Shown here: positions 22,698-34,626 of the stretch, piece after piece
Layout of the letters: each line of letters opens with the position of its first letter
Numbering within the stretch: position 1 is the first letter of the stretch
NCBI GenBank assembly: GCA_000388065.2
Contig: KB932208.1
DNA length: 64,000 nt
Direction: 5' to 3' (one strand)
From: Fonticula alba ATCC 38817
Taxonomy: Eukaryota > Protista > Nucleariida
The notes under the pieces: generated by a model
What the model was told of the DNA's origin: nothing
Database searches by the model: none
What the model saw: only the letters and a program-made list of their open reading frames with translations
Translations under genes and position numbers: made by a program

Positions 22698-25600
22698 ATG
22701 GACTCGACAGCCTCTCTTGGGGGTGGCGATGGCCGGGACCCGCCTGGCCAGCCACCCACCACCGGGACCGATCCTGGCAATGAGGATCAGCAGTTGGTCC
22801 GCCAGAAGAAGAAGTCCCGTCGCCGGCACCGGCTGGCCATGGCCCTGCTGATGGGCGGCCGGTCGTCCTCGGATGGCCCCAACGGCGGGTCGCCGGCACT
22901 GGCCTCCACCGGGTCGCAGCTTCTCCACGCCCTTCAGTGGGCCACCAGCAGCGCGGCCGCCTGGCGCCCGCGTGGCAAGAAGTCCAAGTCCAAGACGTCA
23001 GCCAGTGGCGAGGGCCTGGCCAGCCCGCTGGATGACGAGGATCCCGCCTCGCCGGATGCCGGCGGGGACCTGTCCCCCCCGGTGTCCCCCACCACGGACG
23101 AGCCCCAGACCCCGCAGTCGCATGCGTATTCGCAGGCGACTCCCGGGTCTCGTCGGCCGCTGGCCGGCGTTGGCCAGGGGACCGGCCATGCGGCGGTGGC
23201 CGCTCGTGCAGTCGGCTTCTCCGGCGCCATTGGCGGGAATCTTGCCTCCCCATCGACGCCTTCCTCCGGCATCCGGCCCTCCTCGTCCATGATGTATGTC
23301 GGCTGCTGGCCATGTCCCCTTGCTCTCGCGCTCGCCCTGTCCCTTCGTTGCTCTTCTGACCTTTCCGCCGTCCCGCGGCCTGGCAGTGGTATCATGCGCT
23401 CGTCGACGCAGCAGCCCGGCGCGACGGCCAATGGGGACCTCCTGCTCCATACCGGCTCGTCGATGATCGACGACGATGACGACCTGGGCACCGTGGCGCT
23501 GAACGACTCGCAGCCGCCGCAAACGGCCGAGGATGCTCGCATCGCCGCGCTGCTGACTTTGCGCCATGGGCTTGGGGATTTCTCGGATGACGATTCGGAC
23601 GACGAATCGGACGATGGGGAGTCGGACGACGAGCTGTCACGGTCGGCCTCCCCCTCGCGGCCTCGGGCCATGCGCAACAAGGCCACCTCCGGGCGCGGAT
23701 ACGACCCCTATGGCCGGGAGGAAGACCGGATCCATTCCATGAGTTCCATTTCCATTCAAAGCCTCTTTTCCGACTCGGCCGGCAGCCCGGCCGGCCCGGT
23801 GGAGGCATCTACCGACGAGCTGGCCGCCGTGAAGACCGTGCAAAATATGCTGGCCGCCTCGTCCGGGCTGAGCCGGTCGCGGCAGAGCGTCGCCCAGGCG
23901 GCTGCCAGCGAGGACGCCAGCGGTGTGGCCGATGTCCTGTCTTCCGATGAGGAGGGCGAAATGGCCGGCACCGCGGAGGACGGGTCGCGGCTGTCGGCCA
24001 AGTTCGGCGCCGCTGGTCGCATGCTGGACCCGCATGAGTGTGTCATCCAGCTGCGCGAGCTGGTTTTGGCTTTGACCTTGCAGGATGACTACACCGGGTC
24101 CTTTGGCACCCCCTCCCCGGGGCACTCGCGCTCCGGGTCTCTGTCCTCCCCCGGCAGTGGGCCCGTTGCCCCGAGCAAGGGGGTGGTGCTTGCCACCGCC
24201 GAGGGTGGCCCGGTGCACTCGGGCATGCTGCTGCTCCGTGCATTGGAGATCTGCCTGCGCACGGAGCTCGGCGCCTGGACGCGCATGTTCATCGAGGCCA
24301 GCGGTGTCGAGGCTCTGGTCGATGCCATGGCCTCCATCGAGTCTGTGTCCAGCGGCGAGGGCGCCTTCTCGGGGAGTCGTCGACCTGGTGAGCCGGATCA
24401 CCAGCCGGCCTTCCTGAGCGCGCACGACTCCAGCGAGTTGGTGACGCGCTGCGTGTTGTGCTTGAAGGGTATGCCTTCCTCTGGGCGTGTGTATGTGTGT
24501 GTGGGGAGGGGGGGGGGGGGGCATGGCCATGTGCAAGAGTGCCGCGGCGGAGGAGGGGAGAAAAGGCCGCTTGCAAGGGGAATTCCCCATGTGCTCTTAC
24601 TGACATATCTCCCCTCTAGCTCTGATGAATAATCCGGTCGGCTTGCGGGCGGTCCTGTCGGATCCGGCCCTCTGTGCCAGTGCCCTCCGGTCGCTGGCCC
24701 TGTGTATCTCGGCGCGCAGCTTGCACGCTCGGATTCTCACGCTGGACATCCTGGCGGCCATCTGGTGCGTCGGAATGGGCATCCTTGACATCCTTTCTCT
24801 CTCTCTCTCTCCCGCTTCTCTGTGGCCACTTTGGTGCAGGCCCCTTTTTGAAATCTGCCCATCGACTCGCAGACGGCTTTGTCGAGCCATGAGACTCCCC
24901 CCCCCCCCTTCCCCCCCCCTATTCGGTGATGTGGTGCTAATCCCTTCCTCCCTTGTGATCGGGGCGCCGGTGGTGCCCCCAACTGCAGCTTCGTCCCGCG
25001 GGTGGGGACTGGACTGGTGTTGGACTCGCTGACGCACTTCGCGCATGTCCGGCGGGAGAACCGCCGCTTCCAGACACTGGTGTATGACCTGCGATTTGCC
25101 ACCAGTATCGACCTCAAGATCAGCCTCATGTCGCTGGTGAATGCGGTGTGCCACTCGTCCGAGGACTTGGCCGTGCGGTTGTACATCCGCAATGAGTGGC
25201 TGGATCTCGGCGTGTCGGATGTCTTCCCGGACTTGCTGGCTCTCGGGGACCGGTCTCTCCGGCGGCAGATCACCATTTTCGAGACCGAGCGCCTGGAGGA
25301 CGAGCATGAGGTCATGCAAATCTCCGACCTGAAGAATGTGGACTGGAGCGATCCGGTCCACATGGCGGCGTCCATCGACGCGGCGCTCCATGCCACCGGG
25401 GCCCACATGTGGTTCAATCGCATGATGCAGCAGCTGATGCTCTTCCCGATTGCGGTGGCGACGTCCATTTCGTCGGCCGATGTGGCTGTCGAGCGGCGCA
25501 TCCTCAACCAGTACTGGCGTCTGATGTACGAGGTGGCCTCGCAGGTGGCCCTGGTTCGGCCGACGGCCGAGGGGATCGCGCCCTTCCTGTCGGCGGCCGG

Positions 25601-27779
25601 CCTGTCCGAGGCGGGCCCCGGGTCCGAGGTGGCCGGGTTCATCGACGCGGCCGAAGAGGCGGCCCTCGAGGCCACGGCCGCTCTTGGCAGCGAGCCAGTG
25701 TTCAACCCACTTGGCCCGGCGGCCGACTATGCCGGGATCGCGGGGCAAACGTTCGACTACACGCCTCTCGGCCTGGATCTAGACATGGACCGGCTGCTGG
25801 CGCTGGTGGCGCGCAACGACCCCGTTGACTCGGCTGTCCAGGAGGTGCGTCCAATGGGCTGGCTTGTCAAAACACGCCCCATCAGCCTGAGGCGGGGGGG
25901 GGGGGGGGGCGGGGGCGGGGGAGAGAGGACATGTTGTTTGTCGCTTTCCCTTTCGCCACACCGATTGACCAGGAGGCAAGTGAGTCTTCGACTGACATTT
26001 GACGCCTTCCCCTTCGATGCAGCTGGCCTCCGTGCGTAAGCACCTGGAGGAGGCGTATGAGGATGCGCACGAGCTGCTGGCCAGTGGTGAGCCGCTGGAA
26101 ACCCCGGCATCCAAGGCCGCCTCGGCGGGCCCGCCCATGCCGGACATCGATCCGAAGAAGCCAGGTGCGTTGGTCGCCCCCTCTCCATGTGCCGGCATCC
26201 ATCTCCTTGCCTCCGATCCACCGGATAATCTGCCGGGTTCAGGGGCGGGGGGGGGGGGGAAAGAAAACAACGACTCGCGATCTGGTGTCCCAGCTCAGGA
26301 GCTGGTCCAGGACCCCCACGAAGATGATCGGCAGGAAGGTGTAGATGACATTCCACAGGGCATTGGACAGCGGGTCCCAGGCCAGCTGGCCACTGAAGCC
26401 ATTGTCAAAGGTGAAGAAGAAGCTCACCATGTACAGGGTCATGGTCTTGTACAGGGAGTAGAGGATGACCTTGCTCAGGCGCCGGTAGGTCCGGTGGCCG
26501 TGGACCATGAGCAGCGGCGCGAGGAAGGTGCGTGTGCCGGGGGGGGGGGGGGGGGGGGGGGGGGCAGTTCTTTCCATGACAGGGGACTGACAAGTGTTCA
26601 CCCGAGCGCAGTCGACTGGCAGAATGTCCTGGCTGCGCTGCCGGAATCTTGCTCGCCTTTGCGCCGACTGCTGTCGAGCCCCGACGTCCAAATGGCCGTT
26701 GGACAGGCCCTCAACCCGGCCACGGTGGTGGTCAAGCAGGCGACTCCTTCGGCCCCGGCCAAACCGGCAGCCGCTCCGGCACCCGCCCCACCGCCCCCGG
26801 CGGCGGCGCCGCCCCCTCCTGCAGCTGCTCCGCCGCCGCCTGCCCCGCCGCCGCCCCCGGGAGCTGGTGCTCCGCCACCGCCGCCGCCGCCGCCGCCGCC
26901 GATGATGGGCGGGGGACCTCCGCCGCCGCCGCCGCCGCCTGGCGGTGGGCCTCCGCCACCGCCGCCGCCCCCTGGTGGTGGGCCTCCGCCGCCCCCGGGT
27001 GCCGGGCCTCCGCCTCCGCCTGGCGCCGGTCCCCCGCCTCCGCCGGGTGGCTTCGGGCGGGCGGGGCCGGCCGCGCCGGCTGCCCCAGCGCATGTGCCCA
27101 CGCGTAAGATGCGCCCGGTGGCCTGGAACAAGTTGCCTCCCCGAGTGCTGTCGACGACCCTCTGGACGCAGCCAGCCGCGGCCGACACGCCAACCCTGCT
27201 GCCTCTGACCTCGGAGCAGCAGAAGAAGCCCTCTTCCGCCGGGACGGGCTCCGGCGCTTCCATCAGTGTGATTCCCCTCCAGGAACTGGAAGAGCTGTTC
27301 GGCGCGGAGGAAGTCGCCCCGGGAGGCGGCAAGGACGCCTCGGGTGCCGGCGACGGCGATGCCAGCAAGAAGAAGGATGCCGCCGGGGCGGCGGCCGCCG
27401 CCGCCGGGCCGCCGGAACTGAACCTCATTGATGGGAAGCGGTCCAACAACATGGCCATCACCCTGTCGCGGGTGCGGCATTCGAACCAGGCCATCCGGGA
27501 TGCCCTGCTCTCGGTCAATGATGCTCTGCTGGATGAGGCCACCCCGCGGTACTTCAATGGTGCCCTGCCGACGGATGAGGACATCAGCATCATCCGGACG
27601 CATGTTTCCCCGGATGGCAAGACCGATCCGAGCATGGTTGCTCGGCTGGCTCGCGTTGAAAGGTTCTTCTGGGACGTGTGCCTGAATGTGCCGAACTATG
27701 CGGAGCGTGTGGCGGCGCTGACCTTCCGCTGTCGCTTTGATGAGCAATCCTCCGAGGTGAAGAAGGTGCGTGCTGGCGC

Positions 27780-27853
<74 letters not shown>

Positions 27854-30192
27854 TTGTCGCTGTCGGTCATGTTAATCTTGCCGGAGGGGCAATGTTGCTA
27901 ACGCATCGTGTCGGTCCTGCGCATTTGCCTATGGCCGCCATCCACCCGTGGGTGTTCCCGTGTGCTGCATATGTGGTGCGCCTTTACATATACATGCACA
28001 TGTGTGACTCGCGCGCGTGTAGAATGTCGATGCCATCCTCCTTGCATCCAAGCAAACCTACTCGGCCAAGCACCTGCAGCGTATCATGCGCACGGTGCTG
28101 GAGATTGGTAACTACCTGAACTCCGGGACTTTCCGTGGCCAGGCTCAGGGCTTCCGGCTGGATGCGCTGTCTCGGCTGCCGGAGACTCGCGGTCGGCCGG
28201 CCTCCTTTACCCTGATGCATTACATTGCCCAGGCCCTGGGCAACCCGCCGGTGGTCCTGGCCGATGTGCAGGCCGACGGCGCGGACGGCACCCCGAGCAT
28301 CAGCATCGCCCAGCGGGAGCCACCGCGCGACAGTGTGGCCGACATCCTGCGTCGAGAGATGCCGGCTGTCGGGGATGCCAGTCGCCGTGCGTATACTCCC
28401 TTCCGTGCTCCTTTCTCGGTTCCCTCCTCCTTCTCTCTTTTTTTTCCCTGCCCCACATGTGCGCATACTGATTGCTCCTCTCTCTCTCTTTCTCTCTCCT
28501 TTTTAGTGAGTCTTCCTATCATTGAGAGCGAGATGGCCGAGCTTCGCCGCGGTCTGGCCGCCATTGTCAGCCTGCTGAAGATTCACTCTCCCTCTTGGGA
28601 GCTGCCGCCGGCCGAGGCCATGCTGTCCGGTGATGAGGCCGACGACGACAGTGACGGGCCCCTGTCCCCGAAGCTTGGCCTCACTTCGGGCGGCGTGGCA
28701 GGCACTGGTGGTCAGGGCGCGAGCGCGGCTGCCGCCGGATCTGGCGGCGCCGAGGCCGATGCGGCAGGTGTCGGCCATGCGCCAAGCAGCTCGGAGGACC
28801 GGTTCTTCACGGTCTTTTCGGAGTTTGCCCGGCGCGTGCACCGGCGGATCTGCACCATCGAAAAGTCCCTGGCGGACGCAAATAAGGGTACGCATGACAC
28901 ACGTGCCGTGGGCAGCCAATTTGCATTCCCTTCTTTGCGCCACCTCGCTCCCCCCCCCCCTCTTTCCTCCCTGTCGTCGCCCTCCTCCCCTCTTTTTTTT
29001 TTTCACGGACTGTCTCGGGTGTTATTTATTGGTTGGCTTTTTTGTTTCCTTCTTCTTTTTTTTTTGCTGACCCAACCGCCAATGTGGCTCACGGCCCATC
29101 ATTCGAAATGACCCAGCCTTCGAGCAGGTGGCCCTGCTGTATGGCGAGGACCCGAAGGCCACGTCAACCGAACAGATCTTCGGCCTGCTGAATGAGTTCA
29201 TGGAATCGCTTGCACGCTGCCACAAGGAGAATATTGCCGACTTCCAGCGGCGTCGTCAGCAGGAAGCCCGGGAGGCTCGCGCTGCGGCCGCTGCGGCCGC
29301 GGCCGCCGCCTCGTCGCCGGCGCTCGGGACGAGTGCCGGTGGGCGTCCTGGTGCGGCTGGGCGCCGGCGCCCGCCTCCGGGCAACATGCCGGATGACACC
29401 GGCGACGAGGGTCCCGGCGCCATGGACGATCTGATCGCCACCATTCACAGTGGCTCGGTCTTCCGTCGGACGAAGTCCCAGATGGGCCTGGCCCCACCTT
29501 CGCTGAATGCCGTGCGCAATCGCCTGGCTACCGGGGGCAATGCCTCCAGCGGGCCGGGCAGCGATGCGGGCAGCTCGTCGGCCGGCTCGTCACTGGTGGA
29601 CCTGGTGGCTGGCGGTGGCTCCGGCATGACCAGCGGCATTCCATCGACCGACAGCCTGGACAATGTGAGTCTGGAATCCTTCACAACGAACGTCGGCCAG
29701 CCGCGCCGACGCGCCACTCGGCGTCTCGGCGGCGGTCTGTCAGCCGGGTCCTCGGGGCTTGATCTGCTGGATGACCCGCTGTCGGTGGATCTCGGATCGG
29801 CGGGTGGCAGTGGAGCGGCCTCGGCTTCGGCTTCCTCGTCGTCGGATCCGCTGAATGACCCGCTGTCCTCGCCGACGTCACCCTCCGGCCGCGATGCAGG
29901 GCTCTGGTCGCTGGCGGCTGGAGGGGCCACCGGGGCGGGGCAGGCGCCGGCCGCCTCGCGAGTGGCTCGCGCTCGATCCACGGTGTCCCGGCAGCCGGGG
30001 GCCAATGGTGTCGGGTCGGCGGCGCCGCTTCTGCGGTCCCCCTCGCGGGCGTCTGGTGCGCTGCTTAATTCGGCGGCCATTGCTCGGCAGCGGGCTGCCG
30101 GAGCTCGGTCGAGAACGACCTCGACCGATGCGCCCGCCTCCGCGCCCGAGGATGATGCCCTGCAGGCGGCTTTCCTGGAATCGCACATTTGA
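22698..30192 (+). CDS. Diaphanous-related formin (GBD/FH3-FH1-FH2-DAD). Model join(22698..23293,23387..24468,24620..24764,24989..25844,26023..26164,26612..27765,28023..28386,28507..28887,29117..30192), with a possible extra exon 26243..26527
   Basis: GBD/FH3: LEICLRTELGAWTRMF, CLKALMNNPVG, ENRRFQTLV, LAVRLYIRNEW. FH1 poly-Pro at about 26780-27045. FH2: KMRPVAWNKLP, LIDGKRSNNMAITLSR, VLEIGNYLNSG..AQGFRLDAL..TLMHYIA, LYGEDP..FGLLNEF. DAD: GAMDDLIATIHSGSVFRR. All introns are phase-consistent; the true start is uncertain. Confidence 0.9.
26270..26527 (-). pseudogene. Isolated fragment (about 85 codons) of a P4-type ATPase (phospholipid flippase) C-terminal membrane domain, antisense inside a formin intron
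   Basis: Translates as FLAPLLMVHGHRTYRRLSKVILYSLYKTMTLYMVSFFFTFDNGFSGQLAWDPLSNALWNVIYTFLPIIFVGVLDQ, the hallmark FRFLxxLLLVHGxxxYxR..YxFYKN..FxGFSGQ..YN..FT.LP..G..DQ segment. I saw no other P4-ATPase exon (e.g. DKTGT) in the window. G runs flank both sides. Confidence 0.85.
27782..27852 (+). repeat. Poly-G homopolymer (71 nt) in a formin intron
   Basis: Directly visible run of G just after donor GTGCGT at 27766. Confidence 0.9.
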
Positions 30193-32687
30193 TCGCCAGC
30201 ACGCGCATGATGAAGTCAATTCCTGGGTCGGTCCCTTTTCCCTTGAACCATCGCTCAGCCATTCCCCCCCCCCCCTCCTCCCTCCCTTCCCTCTCCTGTC
30301 CCTCCATCCTTCACACCTCTCCTTGAGGAGGACCGAGGGGGAGAGAGGAGGAACAGAAATACACATGTCCCTTGGAATTTGACGCGCCAATCGGGCCAGT
30401 CTCTCGTATGTCGGCGGGGAGTCGGGGGCGCAGAAACCGGGCGCGAGGCTGCTGCTCCCGCAGTGGGGCGTGCTCACACCTTTCTCCCAGGTATCCTTTG
30501 GCCCCTTGACTGGGAGAGAGCATCATCACACGCGGCGGGCAGTGGTCGGGCTCTGGGGCGGGGGGGGGGGGGGGGGGTGTGGGGAGGGACAGAAGGACAG
30601 AAACTGGCTTAGCCGAGCGGGACCAGTGTCCGTGGGTGAAGGAACGTTTCGCCGGGCATTTATCCCGCTTTGCGACCCCCGTTCGACCCAGGTGCCGGCG
30701 CTCGGCCGCGGTGTTTTGGCGCTCTTGGCAAGCGGGCCAGCTGATTTTCCTTTCATTCTTCCGCGCTTTCCCGCCACGGGCTCCCCTATGCCTGCAATCC
30801 CCGGGGAGGGGAGATCGAAAGGGCGTTGGCAGAAAGCATCGGGCCGGCAAGCTGCGTGGGTGGGACGGGGAGCGGGGGGGGGGGGGGGGGGGGGAGGGGG
30901 GGGGGGGGGGGGGGGGGGGGAGGGGGGCAAGAGAGGGGGGCGAGGGAGGGGGGGGGGCGGGCATGTACTTAAGCCAAGCCAGGGCCCGGCCGGCGGGCGG
31001 GAAAAACGCCTGCGCCGTCGACAGGGCCCGGAAGGGGTGCGGGCTAGTCGCCCCGAAGGGCGGGCACATTCCCGGCGGGCCGTGGGCCGGTCGGCCGGCA
31101 GGCCAAAACCCCGACCGGTACCTGAGCCAGGGCCTTCGCCCGCATGCCGAGCCGGCCAGTGGGTCGGCGGGCTCGGATGGCAAAAATTGCTTTTGTGGCA
31201 GCGAAAAAGAGCAACCACCTGGAGGACACGGCGTCGACATCAAGCCCAGCCATCGAGTGCGCGGCCACGGGCTGGGCTGAGGAAGAGAAAGACAGCGAGG
31301 GGGGAGGGCAGTGAAGGAGTGGGACAAGAGAGCGAGTTGAGCAGAAGGTTGGCGAACCGGATGTGGGACTTTGGCCGCGGCATTTTCCGACAGCAATACG
31401 GCTATCTCCCGGCTCATGGCTGGGGGGGGAAGAACTATCGGGTTTTCCGAGGCAATCCTTTTGTCTGGGCAAGGAAACGAGGGCGATTTTGAAGGGACGG
31501 GGGCCGAGGCCGGTGCATTGGGGCGGAGCGGGGGCCCGTGAGCATGGGCGGTTCTCCTTTGGCGGGTGGGGCCCGCTGGCCCGAGGGTGTTTAGCCCAGA
31601 GCCCGGGCATGGGCAGCCAGGCGTGTGATGGGCGGAGAACGCGAGGGGGGGGGGGNNNNNNNNNNNNNNNNNNNNNNNNNNNNNNNNNNNNNNNNNNNNN
31701 NNNNNNNNNNNNNNNNNNNNNNNNNNNNNNNNNNNNNNNNNNNNNNNNNNNNNNNNNNNNNNNNNNNNNNNNNNNNNNNNNNNNNNNNNNNNNNNNNNNN
31801 NNNNNNNNNNNNNNNNNNNNNNNNNNNNNNNNNNNNNNNNNNNNNNNNNNNNNNNNNNNNNNNNNNNNNNNNNNNNNNNNNNNNNNNNNNNNNNNNNNNN
31901 NNNNNNNNNNNNNNNNNNNNNNNNNNNNNNNNNNNNNNNNNNNNNNNNNNNNNNNNNNNNNNNNNNNNNNNNNNNNNNNNNNNNNNNNNNNNNNNNNNNN
32001 NNNNNNNNNNNNNNNNNNNNNNNNNNNNNNNNNNNNNNNNNNNNNNNNNNNNNNNNNNNNNNNNNNNNNNNNNNNNNNNNNNNNNCCCCCCCCCCCCCCC
32101 GGCTCCAGGATGCGAGGCACCGCCCGAGGGCCGGATCGTTGGGGGTGACCAGAGAGTGGTGCCGGGCACAATATCCATTGTGGGTTATGTCACCTCGTCC
32201 CCGTCAACCCCCCAATCATTTTAGGGCCCCCAGTGAGACCGGCCAGTTTCTCGCGGCGACATCAGGCCTCCTCCCGAAATACGCACGTCTGCCCTTCTTT
32301 CGCAAGCGCCCTGAGACAGTGTCTCCCAAAGAAGAGACAAACACCTGCAAGTGACACGCTCTCCTCCCGCTACCTCCTCAGATCGATCCAACACCTCCTC
32401 GCCAAGACTTCCCCCCACTCCTCCTCCTTCCTTTTTCCAGCCACGACGATTGAGGGCGCGACTCGACAGACCGGCCCCGCGCTATTACCCTTGGGCCGCA
32501 CTAAGTACGCCATTCTTGATTGCTTTCGCTCGCTGCCGCGGCGGTCCGAACACCCACCACCGACATCGCCCACATCCTCGGCCCAGCACGTGCAAGGCCC
32601 TTGTGGTGGACTTTCCCCTGACCTGCAGCCACGCCGACGCTCCCTTGCCCGGCACCCGGTCACGGCCTCCGGCCTGCCGCCCAAAGT

Positions 32688-34591
32688 ATGACCATCGCCG
32701 ATCGCGTGCCTCCGCTCGAGCGGCGGCGCAAGTATCCGTGCATTTTCCCGGGCTGCGCCAAGCGCTTCAGCCGCAGCGAGCATCTCATTCGCCATGTGCG
32801 GACGCATACCGGGGAACGGCCTTTCCCATGCTTGGTCCCCGGGTGCGGGAGGTACTTTTCCCGGAACGACAACCTGCAGCAGCACATGTACACTCGCCAC
32901 CGGGATGTGGTGATGGCGGCCACCGATGGCTTTGGACACCTGGCCGGTCGCGTGGATGCCGCCGGGCCCGGGGGTTTCTTCCCTCTGGCCGATGGCGGGG
33001 AGATGGGCATGCTCGGGGGCTTCAATGCCGGAGCCCCGGGCGCTGGGGTCGGCATGGCCGCCCCGCCGGGAGGCCTGGGAGCCCTGTTTCTCGGAGGCGC
33101 GGATCCCCACGCGAATCCCCACGCCGCCGGCCCGTCGCCGTACTATGGCCAGCATCGGCCGACATCGCCCCTCAGTCCGGGAGACCGGCGCCTGGATGGA
33201 TCGCACTCGGGTCCGGTCAGTCCGGTTTCCCCGGGTGGCGGTGGCCCGGTCGGCGCGGCGGCACTTGGCGGTGTGGCGGCCGCCGCTCGACGGGCCACGG
33301 CCGCCCTGCTGGAGGCCGCTGCCCTTTCGGCCCGTCAAGAGTCCCTTGCCCATGGGGGAATGTTGCTGCGCGGCTCGGGGGGGCCCGCCGGGCCGGCGGG
33401 GGATATGGGCCTCCTGACCGGGGACCTGCCCGTTCCCCCGGAGGGCGGTCCCCCTCCGGCCATTCAGGATAGCGTGGCACTGGAGCAGCTCAGCCAATTG
33501 GCGGTCCTTGTGCAGCGCGACCCGGCCCTGTGGGGCGAGATCCACCGATCCTACCCTCAATTGGGCAGCGCCCTGTACTGGCATATCAATGCCAATATGC
33601 CGGGACTCGGGGCGGCTGTGGCCGCGGCCGCCAGCGCGGAGATGGCCCCCGGCGCTGGGGTCCCGCGCCCCGGGACGGCACCCCACCCGGGCGCTCATCT
33701 GTCGATTACGCATATTCCGCGCTTTGCCAAGCCCACCGAGGGGGAGCCTCTGTCGCCAAGTGAGGCGATGGCCGTGTCGCCGGTTTCCCCGTCCGGCGTA
33801 TCGATTTCGGCACAGTCCTTCGGCATCCATACTCGCCCGGGCCATGGCGGAGCCGTTGGAAGCTCGGCTGTCGAGCCGGGCGCCGGTCTGCGCATCAACA
33901 CGGCCTGCAGCGCCCCTCTGACGGGGCCCCATCGCGGTGCGTCTCGCGGGCAAGGATCGCCCCGTGTGCTTTGGTGCCTCTTATGAGTGTCTGTGAGAGT
34001 GAGAGCAAGGCCCGAGAGGAGGGGGAGAGAGAGAGAGAGAGGCCCCGATGGGAAGGGCAAAGGGCCGGGGAGGAGCCGGCGGAAGGGGGCGAGGGCGGTG
34101 TCTGGTGTATGTATTTGGCTGGAACGTGTGGAGCACAGGGTTCCGGTGCATTTCGGCTAGGATGTGTTCAAGGTGGATATCTAACCGAGCGGCATGTGGT
34201 CGCTGTTCGGCATGCGTGCCACTTGATGTCGGCGCCTATCACCTTTCCCCCATCACAGAGAGAGACTCCATGTCCATGACGCCGCCGGCCAGTTCGGAAC
34301 TTCGATCCCTCGAGTGCGTTCCGATGGCTTGACCCTGCTATTCTGCGCGCCAGTGCCACAGGGGGGGGGGGGGCATACGAGAGACATGTTGCCGCCCCCG
34401 GCGAGGCATCTTTCGTTCGGCATTGCTCTGACCATTGGTTCGTCCATTTCGGGCATTGACGGCCCACTTTTGGCAGATCCGGCAATGAGTCGCGAGTGGA
34501 GGACAGCGTTCGCTGCGAGACAGGCGCCTCGAACTTCCGGGTGCCAATGTCACAAGCCCACTATCCTGGGGGGGGCCATGCCTCAGCCTAT

Positions 34592-34626
<35 letters not shown>

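Noticed and set aside
30311-31492. 300+ aa ORFs on both strands downstream of the formin, and similar ones at 37418-38571 and 39926-43310
   Set aside because: They are Gly/Pro/Arg-rich products of G/C runs, with no codon bias, domains or splice chains.
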